The notes beneath the pieces were generated by a model. The model had not been told where the DNA came from and ran no database searches. It saw only the letters and a program-made list of their open reading frames with translations. Both the position numbers and the translations under genes were made by a program. Shown here one piece after another: positions 1 to 9,140 of a stretch of DNA of 64,000 bases; the first letter of the stretch is position 1, and the number at the start of each line of letters is the position of its first letter. The DNA comes from an uncultured virus (IMG/VR IMGVR_UViG_3300031942_000002). Its lineage: Duplodnaviria; Heunggongvirae; Uroviricota; Caudoviricetes. Where the stretch lies: the IMG/VR virus record IMGVR_UViG_3300031942_000002; one strand, written 5' to 3'.

Positions 1-2
1 CC

Positions 3-878
3 GGGCAGTTCTGGTTCGACACCGTGCTGATCAACTCCACCGACGTGGTGGAAGGCACCGTCTTTACCGACCTGATCACCAGCTCCACCTTCGTCAAGGT
101 CAACTTCGAGTTCACCGACTCGGGCACGGTGCGCTCCGACGACATGTGGGCCCAGGCGGATCCGCTGGACACCAATATCAGTTCCACCAAGTTGGCCTAC
201 TACACCAGCACCTATCCCTCCACCGTCCCGTCGGGTACCTGGGGCGACGACAACGCCAAGTGGGCCGACCCCACCATCGTGTGGGGCGAGCCGTTCGCGG
301 TGGTGTCCATCAACGTCGACCCCAACATGAACTACAACGGTAAGCGGGTGCTGCACATCACCCGGGCGGCCGGGTACGGCGAGGCCGGGGTCAACATCCG
401 CCAGGTGACCGGCTTTGTGCCCAACGCATTGGCCCGGCTCAACTGCCAGTTCTTCAAGCCGGTGGCCGACGGGGACCAGGTCATCCTGCGGCTGCGGCGG
501 CTGTCCGACGGTGTCTACATCTACCAGCACACCTTCAACCCCGATAAGATCGCGGGCTTCTGGTACCTGCTGCAGACCCCGTTCTTCGAGATCCCCGATG
601 TGCCCGATCAGATCTACACCCTGGAAGTGCGGGTGTCCGGTGACGCGGGCGGGGACTTCTATCTCAACGACGCCTGGACGGATGTAGCCCAAATTCGCTA
701 TTTTGCCAGGTTAGGAGGCGAAGGCAACTTCCTGCACGACGTGACCGCGCTGCGCTACGCCGGGCTGGCGATCGTCTCCAACACCACGCCGGTCAACGAG
801 GTGAGCTGCCAGGCCGCCATCCTCAGCCCTAATGCCTGGGCTTATGGCGCCGTGCTCGTCCCGAATTACCTTAAATGA
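3..878 (+). CDS. C-terminal part of probable virion/tail-associated protein (5' truncated by window edge)
   Basis: Frame open from window start to TAA; Thr/Val/aromatic, beta-rich composition typical of phage tail proteins; followed by hairpin and AT-rich intergenic region. Confidence 0.5.
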   Translation, partial: GQFWFDTVLINSTDVVEGTVFTDLITSSTFVKVNFEFTDSGTVRSDDMWAQADPLDTNISSTKLAYYTSTYPSTVPSGTWGDDNAKWADPTIVWGEPFAVVSINVDPNMNYNGKRVLHITRAAGYGEAGVNIRQVTGFVPNALARLNCQFFKPVADGDQVILRLRRLSDGVYIYQHTFNPDKIAGFWYLLQTPFFEIPDVPDQIYTLEVRVSGDAGGDFYLNDAWTDVAQIRYFARLGGEGNFLHDVTALRYAGLAIVSNTTPVNEVSCQAAILSPNAWAYGAVLVPNYLK

Positions 879-886
879 GAGCCTAC

Positions 887-909
887 TAGCTCGGCCGAGC
901 AGCGAGCTA
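887..909 (+). terminator. hairpin after structural gene, possible terminator
   Basis: TAGCTCG (887-893) / CGAGCTA (903-909) inverted repeat just after the stop; no clear U-tract. Confidence 0.3.
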
Positions 910-942
910 ACTCCCGGGACCCCTGGATCACATGTCATGGAA

Positions 943-1061
943 TAAACCCCGGGGGTAAACTCGTTCCAGTCAATGGAAAGAGCTAACGAGCCCAGCGCAT
1001 GAAAACCCGATTTTTTGTGCGTCAAATTTTTTGACCACCACATTAACCTATCAGGTAAACT
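943..1061 (+). promoter_or_regulatory. two copies of WWACC-N5-GGTAAACT promoter/operator motif, 100 bp apart
   Basis: TAAACC-CCGGG-GGTAAACT (943-961) and TTAACC-TATCA-GGTAAACT (1043-1061); TAAACT fits a TANNNT -10. Confidence 0.7.
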
Positions 1062-1079
1062 ACCAAGTGAGGAGACACC

Positions 1080-1235
1080 GTGGGCAGCATCCGTAAGCGA
1101 ATACAGGCTTATGAGCGTCAGGCAGAGATCAACTACATCCGCTGGATGTACCAGCAACCAGGACGGGCCGAAGAGGCTGCCAAACTGCAAAAAGCGTTGG
1201 GCATCACCGACAAGCAGCTCAACCGGGAGAAATGA
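1080..1235 (+). CDS. small hypothetical protein (51 aa, not in ORF track)
   Basis: GAGGAGACAC RBS then GTG; open to TGA; directly downstream of promoter motif. Confidence 0.6.
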   Translation: MGSIRKRIQAYERQAEINYIRWMYQQPGRAEEAAKLQKALGITDKQLNREK

Positions 1236-1319
1236 CACATGGCACGCATGACGGGGCGCGCTCACCGGAACCGGATCAGGTATGACCGCGAACAGCGGGT
1301 CGCGTACCACACGTAGGAA

Positions 1320-1338
1320 TATACCTGTAAGGTAAATC
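1320..1338 (+). promoter_or_regulatory. WWACC-N5-GGTAA promoter/operator motif
   Basis: TATACC-TGTAA-GGTAAATC, nearly identical with flanks to 9839-9868. Confidence 0.7.
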
Positions 1339-1367
1339 GTTCATCTCAGTGGAAGGGAGGTAACGAC

Positions 1368-2165
1368 ATGACAAGAATGAAGTACAACGGCAAGAGCTAC
1401 GAGCTTCACCTGTACGAGGACCCGCACCCCGGCATGGATCGCTGGGAGCGCGTGGCGAGCCCCTGTGTTCGCTGCGGTGGTTCGGGCATCTACAGCCACT
1501 ACCACGGCGTCTGCTACCGCTGCATGGGTGCCAAGCTGGACCCCGACGGCATCAGCGTCAACACCTTGCGCCGTAGGGCCAAGGAAGACGCATTGTGGGC
1601 CGAGTACGGCGACGAGCTGCGCGCCGAGCAGGCGTCAGCCGCCGAGGTCGCCAACGCCGCCAAGGCTGCGGCCGAGTTCGCTGCGGATTGGGACGAGGCG
1701 CACGCCGAGGCTGCCCGCCGGGCTGCTCTGGTCCAGGGCTTCCTGGGCAAGGTCGGTGAGAAGGTCACCAACATCCCGGTCAGCATTCGCTACGCCAAGT
1801 ACAACGAGGGCGCCTGGAACCGTTCCCCGTCGATGTTCATCATCGCGGAGAGTGACGCCGGTCAGGTCATCAAGATCTCGGGGTCCAGCCAGTCGCTGTT
1901 CGGCCTGGAACGCGGTGACCGGGCGGTCATCTTGAGCGCGAAGGTCAAGGACCACGGCGAATACCAGGGTCAGCAACAGACGATCCTGTGGCACGTCAAG
2001 GTCGACGACTTCGAGGCCCGCGCCGCGCAGGCGATGGCCTACGGGGTGACCGACGTCGAGGAGGCCGTCGAGCGGGCCCACGTCAAGGGCAACGAGCGCG
2101 AGCGCTTCGAGCGGTTCGTCGAGGCGCAGCGCGCGCAATACGAGAAGGAGCTGTTGGGCGCCTGA
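1368..2165 (+). CDS. hypothetical protein with CxxCxGxG...CxxCxG zinc finger and possible C-terminal OB-like domain
   Basis: CVRCGGSG...CYRCMG; GGAGG RBS; C-terminal beta-rich segment. Confidence 0.65.
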   Translation: MTRMKYNGKSYELHLYEDPHPGMDRWERVASPCVRCGGSGIYSHYHGVCYRCMGAKLDPDGISVNTLRRRAKEDALWAEYGDELRAEQASAAEVANAAKAAAEFAADWDEAHAEAARRAALVQGFLGKVGEKVTNIPVSIRYAKYNEGAWNRSPSMFIIAESDAGQVIKISGSSQSLFGLERGDRAVILSAKVKDHGEYQGQQQTILWHVKVDDFEARAAQAMAYGVTDVEEAVERAHVKGNERERFERFVEAQRAQYEKELLGA

Positions 2166-2213
2166 CACAGATCAGGCGCCTGCGGTGCAGATAAGGGTAG
2201 GGAGACACACACC

Positions 2214-2351
2214 ATGACCGCGATCGTGAGCATCGAATTCGCGGACGGCCGCACCGAAGTGTGGAACGTACGCGACACCCGCGCCGAGTTCATCCGGCAA
2301 GACCTGCTGGCCATTGACGGCGCACCCGACGTCGAGTCCGAGGCGCAATAA
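2214..2351 (+). CDS. small hypothetical protein (45 aa, not in ORF track)
   Basis: GGAGACACAC RBS element then ATG; followed by GGGCC-TTCG-GGCCC hairpin (2355-2368). Confidence 0.6.
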   Translation: MTAIVSIEFADGRTEVWNVRDTRAEFIRQDLLAIDGAPDVESEAQ

Positions 2352-2386
2352 CCCGGGCCTTCGGGCCCCCTAGAAGAGAGACACAC

Positions 2387-2614
2387 ATGAAGGTCACACG
2401 CAAGTCGGCATTCACCGGCGTCGAGCACACCATAGACCTGCCGACGGTCACCGAAGAGCGGTTGGCTCGGTGTTGGCGATTCAACCCCAATGGTAAGGGC
2501 AAGCATATCCAAGAGGTTTTCCCCGAGCTGACTGCTGATGAGCGCGAGTTCCTCATGACCGGGGTTACCGCTGAGGAGTGGGCCGAGGCTTTTCCCAAAG
2601 AGGACGAAGAATGA
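2387..2614 (+). CDS. hypothetical phage protein
   Basis: GAGACACAC before ATG; ATGA overlap with next gene. Confidence 0.75.
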   Translation: MKVTRKSAFTGVEHTIDLPTVTEERLARCWRFNPNGKGKHIQEVFPELTADEREFLMTGVTAEEWAEAFPKEDEE

Positions 2615-2958
2615 CCACAGCCGCCCAGCGTCATGGCTACGGCAAGAAGCATGATCACGGCTTCTTGGAGCCCCTCAACGAGAACGGGATGCCGTACTAC
2701 CGCTGCCCCACCAAGGACGAGATCACCATGTGGGCGCGCACCCACGGCACCCCCGAGTATCCCTACACCCGGCCGGTGTGGGCCGATCTCAGCGACGCCG
2801 ACCGACATGCCGTCGGTTGCTACGTGCGCTGGCATGATTTCATGACCCGCGCCAAGATCGCCCGATCGGTCGGCTGGCACGGGGAAGCAGCTTCACACCT
2901 GGCCAGTGCCGGGGCCCAGCGGCGGGCCTACGCCGCCTATCGAAGGAAGGGAAAGTAA
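2611..2958 (+). CDS. hypothetical protein
   Basis: ATGA and TAATG coupling on both sides. Confidence 0.65.
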   Translation: MTTAAQRHGYGKKHDHGFLEPLNENGMPYYRCPTKDEITMWARTHGTPEYPYTRPVWADLSDADRHAVGCYVRWHDFMTRAKIARSVGWHGEAASHLASAGAQRRAYAAYRRKGK

Positions 2959-3206
2959 TGCCATTTCACTCAGGTCTCATCGCGTCCAAAGTCAGCGAGG
3001 TCCGCTTCGGCGGTAAGTCGGTGGTGGTCAAGACCATGGGAAACGGCCAGATCCAGATGTCTGTCGACGAGGCACCCAGCGAGATCGGCAAGGAGTACGC
3101 CGAGATCGAGCTGGACGGTCAGGCCACCAGGGATCTGATCATGGCGTTGGTCCAGGCCCTGAGTGTCAGCGCCGAGATACGCGGCCGGAATGCACCTGAC
3201 GAGTAA
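2958..3206 (+). CDS. hypothetical protein
   Basis: Coupled start, GC3-rich codons. Confidence 0.65.
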   Translation: MPFHSGLIASKVSEVRFGGKSVVVKTMGNGQIQMSVDEAPSEIGKEYAEIELDGQATRDLIMALVQALSVSAEIRGRNAPDE

Positions 3207-3239
3207 ACTGTTCAACGAAGTGGAAGGAGACACACACAC

Positions 3240-3590
3240 ATGGCAAAGATCTTGCTAAGCGAGGCGCAGTTCCAAAAGATCAGCATGCTGCTGATCGACC
3301 TCGACGAGCGTCTTAGCCCCGAGTATTCGGGTCGTGGCATGTATGGCGCCAGCTGCCTGAGCTACTCGGTAGACAGAGGGGTCGGCCCCGCCGACTTCCA
3401 GATGGCCCTGGCCGAGGTGCTGGCACCCCAGCTGCTGGGCCTGAACGAGAACGACGAAGTCGGTCTGGATGAGGTCAAGGAGGCCATGGCCGAGCTGGGC
3501 CCTCCCAGTTCGGACAGCATGGGCCTGGGTTCGGTGTACTACTACCGGGGCATCCAGGTCGAGGGCCACGAACGGGAGGCGAGGTTCTGA
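3240..3590 (+). CDS. hypothetical phage protein
   Basis: Promoter-like ACC-N5-AGTAAACT (3194-3209) and GGAGACACACACAC RBS. Confidence 0.75.
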   Translation: MAKILLSEAQFQKISMLLIDLDERLSPEYSGRGMYGASCLSYSVDRGVGPADFQMALAEVLAPQLLGLNENDEVGLDEVKEAMAELGPPSSDSMGLGSVYYYRGIQVEGHEREARF

Positions 3591-3796
3591 TGCCTGATCA
3601 CCCCCAGGTCGACATCTGCGCGATCGAAGACTTCCTCTGGAAGTACTTCGGGGAGGCCCACGTCGTCTACAACGGCGGCGGGGATGCGTATCACATCCAG
3701 GATCTCGGTCCCGAGCTGGCCGACTTCCTGCACAAGCTCGGGGTCGACGTCGACTGGTCGGATCGATCCCGTTACCGGAAGGAGACACACGCATGA
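3590..3796 (+). CDS. hypothetical protein
   Basis: TGATG coupling. Confidence 0.6.
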   Translation: MPDHPQVDICAIEDFLWKYFGEAHVVYNGGGDAYHIQDLGPELADFLHKLGVDVDWSDRSRYRKETHA

Positions 3797-3984
3797 TCGG
3801 AGTCGAGGCCCGCAACCTCAGGCCGGGGGATGAGATTCTCGGTTTCGGGGTCGTCGAATCGGCCCGGTGCGACAGCGACGGCGACATCGCCGTCCGGTTC
3901 GTCGAGCCCAGCCATTTGGGAGCCCTGGTCTGGTTCGGCTACAGCGCCTGGTTGCGCATCGAGCGCAAGGAAGAGAAGAAATGA
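3793..3984 (+). CDS. hypothetical protein
   Basis: GGAGACACAC RBS; ATGA coupling. Confidence 0.65.
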   Translation: MIGVEARNLRPGDEILGFGVVESARCDSDGDIAVRFVEPSHLGALVWFGYSAWLRIERKEEKK

Positions 3985-3994
3985 GGAGACACAC

Positions 3995-4390
3995 ATGAAA
4001 GTACTGGTGAGCACGGGGGAAGTGCCCTACGGCGAGTTCTGCTACGTGCCCGAGGGCGAGATCGTGGCCAGCTTCGGCGCCGTCTGCTGCAACGCAGGCG
4101 GCTGCGGCTGCGACCGCTCGATCTCAGGCACCACCACCTACCGGGCAACGACCACGGCCAAGGTGGTTGAGCGCGAGGTGAGCTGGGATGATCTGTTCCA
4201 GCTGGCAGCCAAAGCAGGCAAGGAGACCGGCTGGGGCGGGCCCATCGTCTGGAACGCCATCCAGAGCACCGTCGAGGCGGTCGAGGAGCTGGACGTCGGC
4301 ACCGTCGTGGAGCCGAGGTACGACGACATCAACGAGCGATGGAAGTACGTCGAGGTCAGCCCCGAGCAGATGGCGCCAACTGATGTCTGA
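3995..4390 (+). CDS. Cys-containing hypothetical protein (MKVLVST...CGCDRS...RATTTA)
   Basis: GGAGACACAC immediately before ATG 3995; start later than ORF track. Confidence 0.7.
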   Translation: MKVLVSTGEVPYGEFCYVPEGEIVASFGAVCCNAGGCGCDRSISGTTTYRATTTAKVVEREVSWDDLFQLAAKAGKETGWGGPIVWNAIQSTVEAVEELDVGTVVEPRYDDINERWKYVEVSPEQMAPTDV

Positions 4391-4423
4391 GGAGCGCATG
4401 TGGGTAGCGCGGAGGGCCGAGCG

Positions 4424-4591
4424 ATGAGCGTTCCCACTCCCAATTGTCCCTACTGTGACCAGCCGCCCGTCCTCCTCCTCGACGAAGGTCGACAGGCGTT
4501 CTGCGGCAACGAGGACTGCAAGGTGCTGTGCTGGGACACCACTTGCACGGCCGACGAGCTGGAAGCCGGTCGCAAAGATATAACTACCTGA
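4424..4591 (+). CDS. small zinc-ribbon-like protein
   Basis: CPYC...CGNEDC; GGAGG upstream. Confidence 0.55.
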   Translation: MSVPTPNCPYCDQPPVLLLDEGRQAFCGNEDCKVLCWDTTCTADELEAGRKDITT

Positions 4592-4601
4592 TTGGTAAAC
4601 T
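4583..4601 (+). promoter_or_regulatory. WWACC-N5-GGTAAACT promoter/operator motif
   Basis: ACTACC-TGATT-GGTAAACT followed by AAGGAGG RBS. Confidence 0.7.
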
Positions 4602-4624
4602 AGAAGTGGAAGGAGGTGGTCGGA

Positions 4625-4777
4625 ATGCCCACTCTGACAGCGGCCGAACAAGCCCACAAGGAGCGCGTGCGCCGGTGGGTTGAGATCCGGCCGCGCTCCA
4701 CGCGGATCCCCAACGGGCGCCCTGACAAGCACCCGCGCAAGGGGAACCGCAACGCCTGGCGCCGGGAGGCCCACTGA
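4625..4777 (+). CDS. small basic hypothetical protein (50 aa)
   Basis: AAGGAGGT RBS, ATG, Arg-rich. Confidence 0.55.
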   Translation: MPTLTAAEQAHKERVRRWVEIRPRSTRIPNGRPDKHPRKGNRNAWRREAH

Positions 4778-4785
4778 GGCTCTAC

Positions 4786-5319
4786 GTGCCCTTCACGCGG
4801 CTCTCAGAGGCCACCCGGGTCTTCCTGGCGTCCTCGTTCTACTGCCCGGTCCCCGTCACGCTGGTGGACGTCTCAGGCGGCAAATGGGCCTACCTGGACT
4901 ACATGGCGGCGGCGTGGGAGCGCGGCGAGGATTTCATCACCATGGAGCATGACACCGTGCCCTGGCCCGGCGCCATCGAGACGCTGCTGGATTGTCCGCA
5001 CCCCTGGTGCTTCTTCGGCTACCAGCAGGGCATCGACTTCGTCGGCACCGGCGCCACCCCGCTGGGGCTCGCGCGGTTCCGCGCCGAGTTCATCGCGGCC
5101 GCGCCCGATGTCTGGAAGCTGATGCGCGTGGTCTACGGCCAGCGCGAGATGGACGATCCCTGGCGCCACTTGGATCTGCACCTGGGTCGCTACGCCGGGT
5201 TCAGGGGGTGGCGGGCCCATCAGCACTATCCGGCGGTGCTCAACGCCAATCCCAGGATCCTGGGCATGGGCCCGGCGTACTACACCCCGCCGCCTGTTGT
5301 AGGCCCGCAAGGCTTATAG
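4786..5319 (+). CDS. short glycosyltransferase-like protein (GT-A type)
   Basis: FITMEHDTVPWPG (DxD-equivalent EHD after hydrophobic strand), LGLARF, WRHLD, late His. Confidence 0.5.
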   Translation: MPFTRLSEATRVFLASSFYCPVPVTLVDVSGGKWAYLDYMAAAWERGEDFITMEHDTVPWPGAIETLLDCPHPWCFFGYQQGIDFVGTGATPLGLARFRAEFIAAAPDVWKLMRVVYGQREMDDPWRHLDLHLGRYAGFRGWRAHQHYPAVLNANPRILGMGPAYYTPPPVVGPQGL

Positions 5320-5652
5320 GTTATCCCCGTCGTCGGACCCCACGGTCGCGGCGGTCTTTTCTTTGAGCAGCTCGGCCAGCTCGGGTCCGATCCGATATTT
5401 CATTCGGCGGGACCGGGAGAATTCACGCTCGGTGACGGTCACCGGCAGCGTCTTAATACCCAGTTCGATGGCGATCATTACCCGCTTGTGGCCTTCGGCC
5501 ATGAAGACGAACCGGCCGTCGGTGTGCAGCTCCACCGGCGTGCGCACCCCTTCGGTGCGGATTCGCACCCGTAGCTTCTTGTAGTCGTGCAGCTCCTGCA
5601 GGGTGCGATGGCTGCGGTAGCGGTACAGCTCTTTGGTTGAGATCTCAGCCAT
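5314..5652 (-). CDS. ParB/Srx-like N-terminal domain protein
   Basis: IRTEGVRTPVEL...MAEGHKRVMIAIELGIKTLPV matches the ParBc GxxxP...xGHxRxxA...G...P pattern. Confidence 0.7.
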   Translation of the reverse strand: MAEISTKELYRYRSHRTLQELHDYKKLRVRIRTEGVRTPVELHTDGRFVFMAEGHKRVMIAIELGIKTLPVTVTEREFSRSRRMKYRIGPELAELLKEKTAATVGSDDGDNL

Positions 5653-5667
5653 GGGCCGATCCTCCCA

Positions 5668-6366
5668 TCAAATCGCGGTGGACGGGACGTAGACGTGGTG
5701 GATCGGCTTGAAGAAATCGTGCTCGACCGGCCGGTCCCCGCCCTCCCCGATGCGCAGCAGCAGTCGCCACCCCGACTGGCTGGCTTGGCACGGCCGGTGC
5801 AGGTTCCACCAGTCCCACGTCGTCCACATGCCGTTGGGGAACGCGATCGCCTCGAAGCTCGCCGCGCTGGCCTTGGCGTGGATGTCGCGCATCACCCCCC
5901 AGTCGTCGGGGTGCTCGATGTCCAGGGTCACCGGCTCGTTGGCGAACACGGTGGGGCACGGGTTGCCCACCACGATGGTGTGGTGGCGCACGTGGCGCCC
6001 GGCCTGGGTCTGCTTGACCATCTCGGTCAGCGACGGGTAGTCCATGGCATCGGGGGTCATGCCGGGCAGCTGGGTGGGCTCTTCGGGGGTGAGCCGGGGG
6101 ATGTCGTCGAGATGCCAGCCCGGCTGGGTGGGGCACTGGCCCACGTGCAGGTAGTTGACCACCGTCTCGACGTAGATGTCCTCGCCGTCGCCTTCCAGCG
6201 GCGCGGTTTCCAGGATCAGCCGCACCAGCGGCCCGCCGAAGCGCATGGCGTTGGTCAGCGAGCACCGCTTCAAGTTGGGAGTCATCTCCAACGCTTCCAG
6301 GCTGGCCGGGAAGTAGTACTGCTCGGAGTTGGTGACCTGGTTGGAGCTGAAGACGAACTCGCTCAT
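5668..6366 (-). CDS. 2OG-Fe(II) oxygenase-like (DSBH) protein
   Basis: PGWHLD (HxD), distal LH followed 11 residues later by R (LHRPCQASQSGWRLLLR). Confidence 0.6.
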   Translation of the reverse strand: MSEFVFSSNQVTNSEQYYFPASLEALEMTPNLKRCSLTNAMRFGGPLVRLILETAPLEGDGEDIYVETVVNYLHVGQCPTQPGWHLDDIPRLTPEEPTQLPGMTPDAMDYPSLTEMVKQTQAGRHVRHHTIVVGNPCPTVFANEPVTLDIEHPDDWGVMRDIHAKASAASFEAIAFPNGMWTTWDWWNLHRPCQASQSGWRLLLRIGEGGDRPVEHDFFKPIHHVYVPSTAI

Positions 6367-6794
6367 CAGTCAAATTTCCGCTCGGTCATGTTCGGATATC
6401 TTCTCAGCATGTCGTCGATGTGCCGCAGGCCACGCTGGTTGATTATCAGCACATGCTGGCCCTCGCGCTCCAACTCCTGGTTGCCGATGAGGGTGACGTC
6501 CAAATAACCGAAGACGCGGTACAGCTCGGAGTGGCGCTTCCAATGGCACATTTTGGACGTCCCGCCGTTAGCGGGGACGGGAAGGTTCATCACGCGGGCG
6601 ATTTCGTCGGCGGTTAATCCTTGTTGTCCCACGTACCAGTTGGGTCGGTCCCTGAGCAGGATCCCATGCGTGTAGAGCATATTGAACCGCAGTTCATTGC
6701 GGCGGCTTTGGTTGATGGCTGCTGCCTTCCAACTGGTGGGTGGATCACTGTGTCGGGCGCCGTCACTGGGGCCGGGGAAGGGGAGAACAGTCAT
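6366..6794 (-). CDS. hypothetical protein, possible winged-helix DNA-binding
   Basis: ARHSDPPTSWKAA then GLTADEIA...WKRHSEL...G; ATGA-coupled to SNF2 stop. Confidence 0.55.
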   Translation of the reverse strand: MTVLPFPGPSDGARHSDPPTSWKAAAINQSRRNELRFNMLYTHGILLRDRPNWYVGQQGLTADEIARVMNLPVPANGGTSKMCHWKRHSELYRVFGYLDVTLIGNQELEREGQHVLIINQRGLRHIDDMLRRYPNMTERKFD

Positions 6795-8716
6795 GTCACT
6801 CGTTTCCAAAAATCACGGTCATCTCCGAAAAGTAAATAATCAGCGTTCGATATCTCGTCTCGGGTGGCGATCTCAGGTAACGAGACGACTTCACTCGTGC
6901 CCAGCGTGGCCTCGGCCAGCTGGCGCCGATACTCGCAGATCCCGGCGATGCGCTCCTCGATCGAGTTCTCGGTCACATAGATGTACGCGGTCAGCCCGGC
7001 CAGCTGGGAGTCGGTGCGGTGGATCCGGTTGATCCGCTGCTGGAAATCGTCGTAGCTGTACGGGCATTCGTACTGGATGCAGTACTTGGCCTCCTGCATG
7101 TTGAGGCCATACGCCCCGGCGTCGCTGGACAGGAACAACGTGATCTCGGCATCGGCCTTGAAACAGTCCTGGGCCCGCTGGGACTCCTTGGCGGTCTGGC
7201 CGGTGCCGTAGTGCACCACATGCTTCACCTTGCGCTTGTCCAGCTCACGACTCAAAATATGCAAGCCCAAATTGGTCCATTTGGTGAAAGCGACGCATTT
7301 ATCTCCGGCGTCGGCAATCGATTCCACCTGGTCGAGGAAGTACTCCATCTTCGCGGAGTTGGCGCTGGTGATCAGCCGGGGGTATTCCTCCATCAGCACC
7401 CGCGCCAGCGGTGAGATGGAGTGCGCCAACGCTTCCGGCGTGTTGCACACGTACCGCTGCAGCAGCGCGTAGGACGTCAACGACTCCCCCTCACGCTTGG
7501 CGATGCGGGCCAGGTACTCGATCTCGTCGATCAGCTGGCGGTCCTCGGGACTCATCTGGATCGGGATGAACTCCACTTGCAGCGGCGGGAAGTATTCGCG
7601 CACACCGGGATCGCCTTTACGCGCGTTCTGCACCCGGTCGGCCACCCGGTGGCGCACCTCATGCAACGCGGCCAAATCCCAGTCGTAGTCGGTGACGGTG
7701 AACGACCCGCCGTGGCGGGTGGTGCGCTGGTAGGTGCGCTTCTTCGGGTTGCCCCAGTTGTCGCGTTCCAGGTAGCGCTCCTCGAAGTCCGCCCGGCTGC
7801 CCAGCGGGTTGTCCCGAGCTTGACTCAAGGCGAACAGCGAGCGGTAGCGTAGCGGATTGGAGCCCACAATGGAGGCAGTCATCGGCCAGATGGTGGCCCG
7901 GCAGCCCTTGATCAGCTGATCGAGCGCCTTGCGGGCCTGGGTCTTGGTCTCGGCGGTAAGCACCTTCTGCACCTCGTCGAGCACGAACAGCACACGCTTT
8001 CCGGCGGTCAGCTCGGACAGTTCCTCGAAGTCGAAGCGCGGTTTGTCGTAGTTGACCACGAACACGTCGTGCTCGCTGGCGTAGAGCTTGCGGCGCCGGT
8101 CTTTAGTCCCGTCCACCACAACGGCTTTCAGCTCGGTGGTGTCGGCGAAGAACGCCCGCAGGTTGTCTTTGTGGCGCATCAGGGTGAAAGCTAGCACCAC
8201 GTCCACAAGGCCCCTGTTGGCCAGCTCCTGAGCCCCTGCGCAGGCGAACAGGCTCTTCCCGGCACCGGCACACCACCCGGGCACCGTGAGGCGCTCAGAG
8301 GCCTTCTGAGCCTCGTTCCGTTCCAGCGCCCGCTGAATCCCGAAGGTCTGATAGGGCCGCAGCTGCCCGTGGTGCGGGCAGGTGAAGCCCTGCACGTCCA
8401 GCGGCGCCGCCCAGCGCTCGAAGTCGGCTAGGATCGGATCCGCCGACGGGTCATACACCAGCAGCCAGCTGTCGTCGAGCAGCTGGCGGATGAAATGGCG
8501 CAGGTTGTGGTGCTCGTTGAGCACCAGGAACCGGCTGATCCAGTTCTCCTCCAAGCCGTAGCGCTGGAAGAAGCCCTGCCGGTCCCCGTCGAACGGTTCG
8601 AAACGCAGGCAGCCCGAGTAGGCGGTGGACTCGCTGACCAACACGACGGTGTCCAGGTCGACCTCGGGGTCGCTGGCCAAAAGTTCGATGGTCGACTCAA
8701 CCGTCGCGTGTGTCAC
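6791..8716 (-). CDS. SNF2-family (SF2) helicase/ATPase
   Basis: LRPYQ, GAGKS, DEVQ, TAS, SAKM, AGAYGLNMQ, QRINRIHR; start placed at GTG 8716, 6 nt after TACAAT and downstream of a terminator. Confidence 0.9.
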   Translation of the reverse strand: MTHATVESTIELLASDPEVDLDTVVLVSESTAYSGCLRFEPFDGDRQGFFQRYGLEENWISRFLVLNEHHNLRHFIRQLLDDSWLLVYDPSADPILADFERWAAPLDVQGFTCPHHGQLRPYQTFGIQRALERNEAQKASERLTVPGWCAGAGKSLFACAGAQELANRGLVDVVLAFTLMRHKDNLRAFFADTTELKAVVVDGTKDRRRKLYASEHDVFVVNYDKPRFDFEELSELTAGKRVLFVLDEVQKVLTAETKTQARKALDQLIKGCRATIWPMTASIVGSNPLRYRSLFALSQARDNPLGSRADFEERYLERDNWGNPKKRTYQRTTRHGGSFTVTDYDWDLAALHEVRHRVADRVQNARKGDPGVREYFPPLQVEFIPIQMSPEDRQLIDEIEYLARIAKREGESLTSYALLQRYVCNTPEALAHSISPLARVLMEEYPRLITSANSAKMEYFLDQVESIADAGDKCVAFTKWTNLGLHILSRELDKRKVKHVVHYGTGQTAKESQRAQDCFKADAEITLFLSSDAGAYGLNMQEAKYCIQYECPYSYDDFQQRINRIHRTDSQLAGLTAYIYVTENSIEERIAGICEYRRQLAEATLGTSEVVSLPEIATRDEISNADYLLFGDDRDFWKRVT

Positions 8717-8749
8717 CAGCTCATTGTAGGAAAATTGGACGACTTGTGG

Positions 8750-8783
8750 AAAGAAAAGAGCCCCGGCTCCCATGTGCCGGGGC
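8750..8783 (-). terminator. intrinsic terminator
   Basis: 8-bp GC stem GCCCCGGC/GCCGGGGC (8760-8767/8776-8783) followed on minus strand by TCTTTTCTTT. Confidence 0.75.
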
Positions 8784-9140
8784 CCTTCGGAGAAGTTGCC
8801 ACTGTCTCCACGCATCTCTGTGCGTATCTGAGAGTATCTCTACATCTGGGGGGTAGTGCAACCAGTTCACCCAACATGTTGGACGGGGTTGCGCTCCCGG
8901 TTACCGGATGGTAATTGTTGCAGCTGCCACTGCCCCTCCTACCGGCGCTTACGGGGAGACCCGCCGAAAAACCCGCTCTCCCTTCCCGTTCCGTATCCGG
9001 AGTACCTGACACGGCTCCCGGTACTGAGTCTCCTACGAGGAAATCCCGGGCCGGGCCGGGTACCCGAAGCTCGCAGCTGCAGAGCAAGCCTCAGGTCAAT
9101 GCGTATCAGCTCTCTGTCACTCCAAGACAGGGGGCCAGAG
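8750..9140 (-). ncRNA. candidate structured non-coding RNA, class unknown
   Basis: No credible ORF; at least nine stems; putative CTGACC-18-TACTGT promoter (9178-9149) and terminator at 8750-8783. Confidence 0.45.

Noticed and set aside
8717..8815. Longer SNF2 N-terminus from the ORF track
   Set aside because: Runs through the terminator and the TACAAT promoter; GTG 8716 fits better
8988..9017. Group II intron domain V-like hairpin (minus GAGCCGTGTC...GATACGGAAC)
   Set aside because: AGC triad is not paired (GGAAC instead of GGTTC); no RT/maturase and no interrupted gene
8855..9050. RNase P RNA-like words (AGTGCAAC, GAGGAAATCC)
   Set aside because: Wrong order and the 3' conserved block is absent
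8750..9115. tmRNA (minus-strand AGAGCTGATACGCATTGAC resembles a tmRNA 5' end; size similar)
   Set aside because: No T-loop, no CCA acceptor end and no tag frame ending in an Ala-Ala-type degron found
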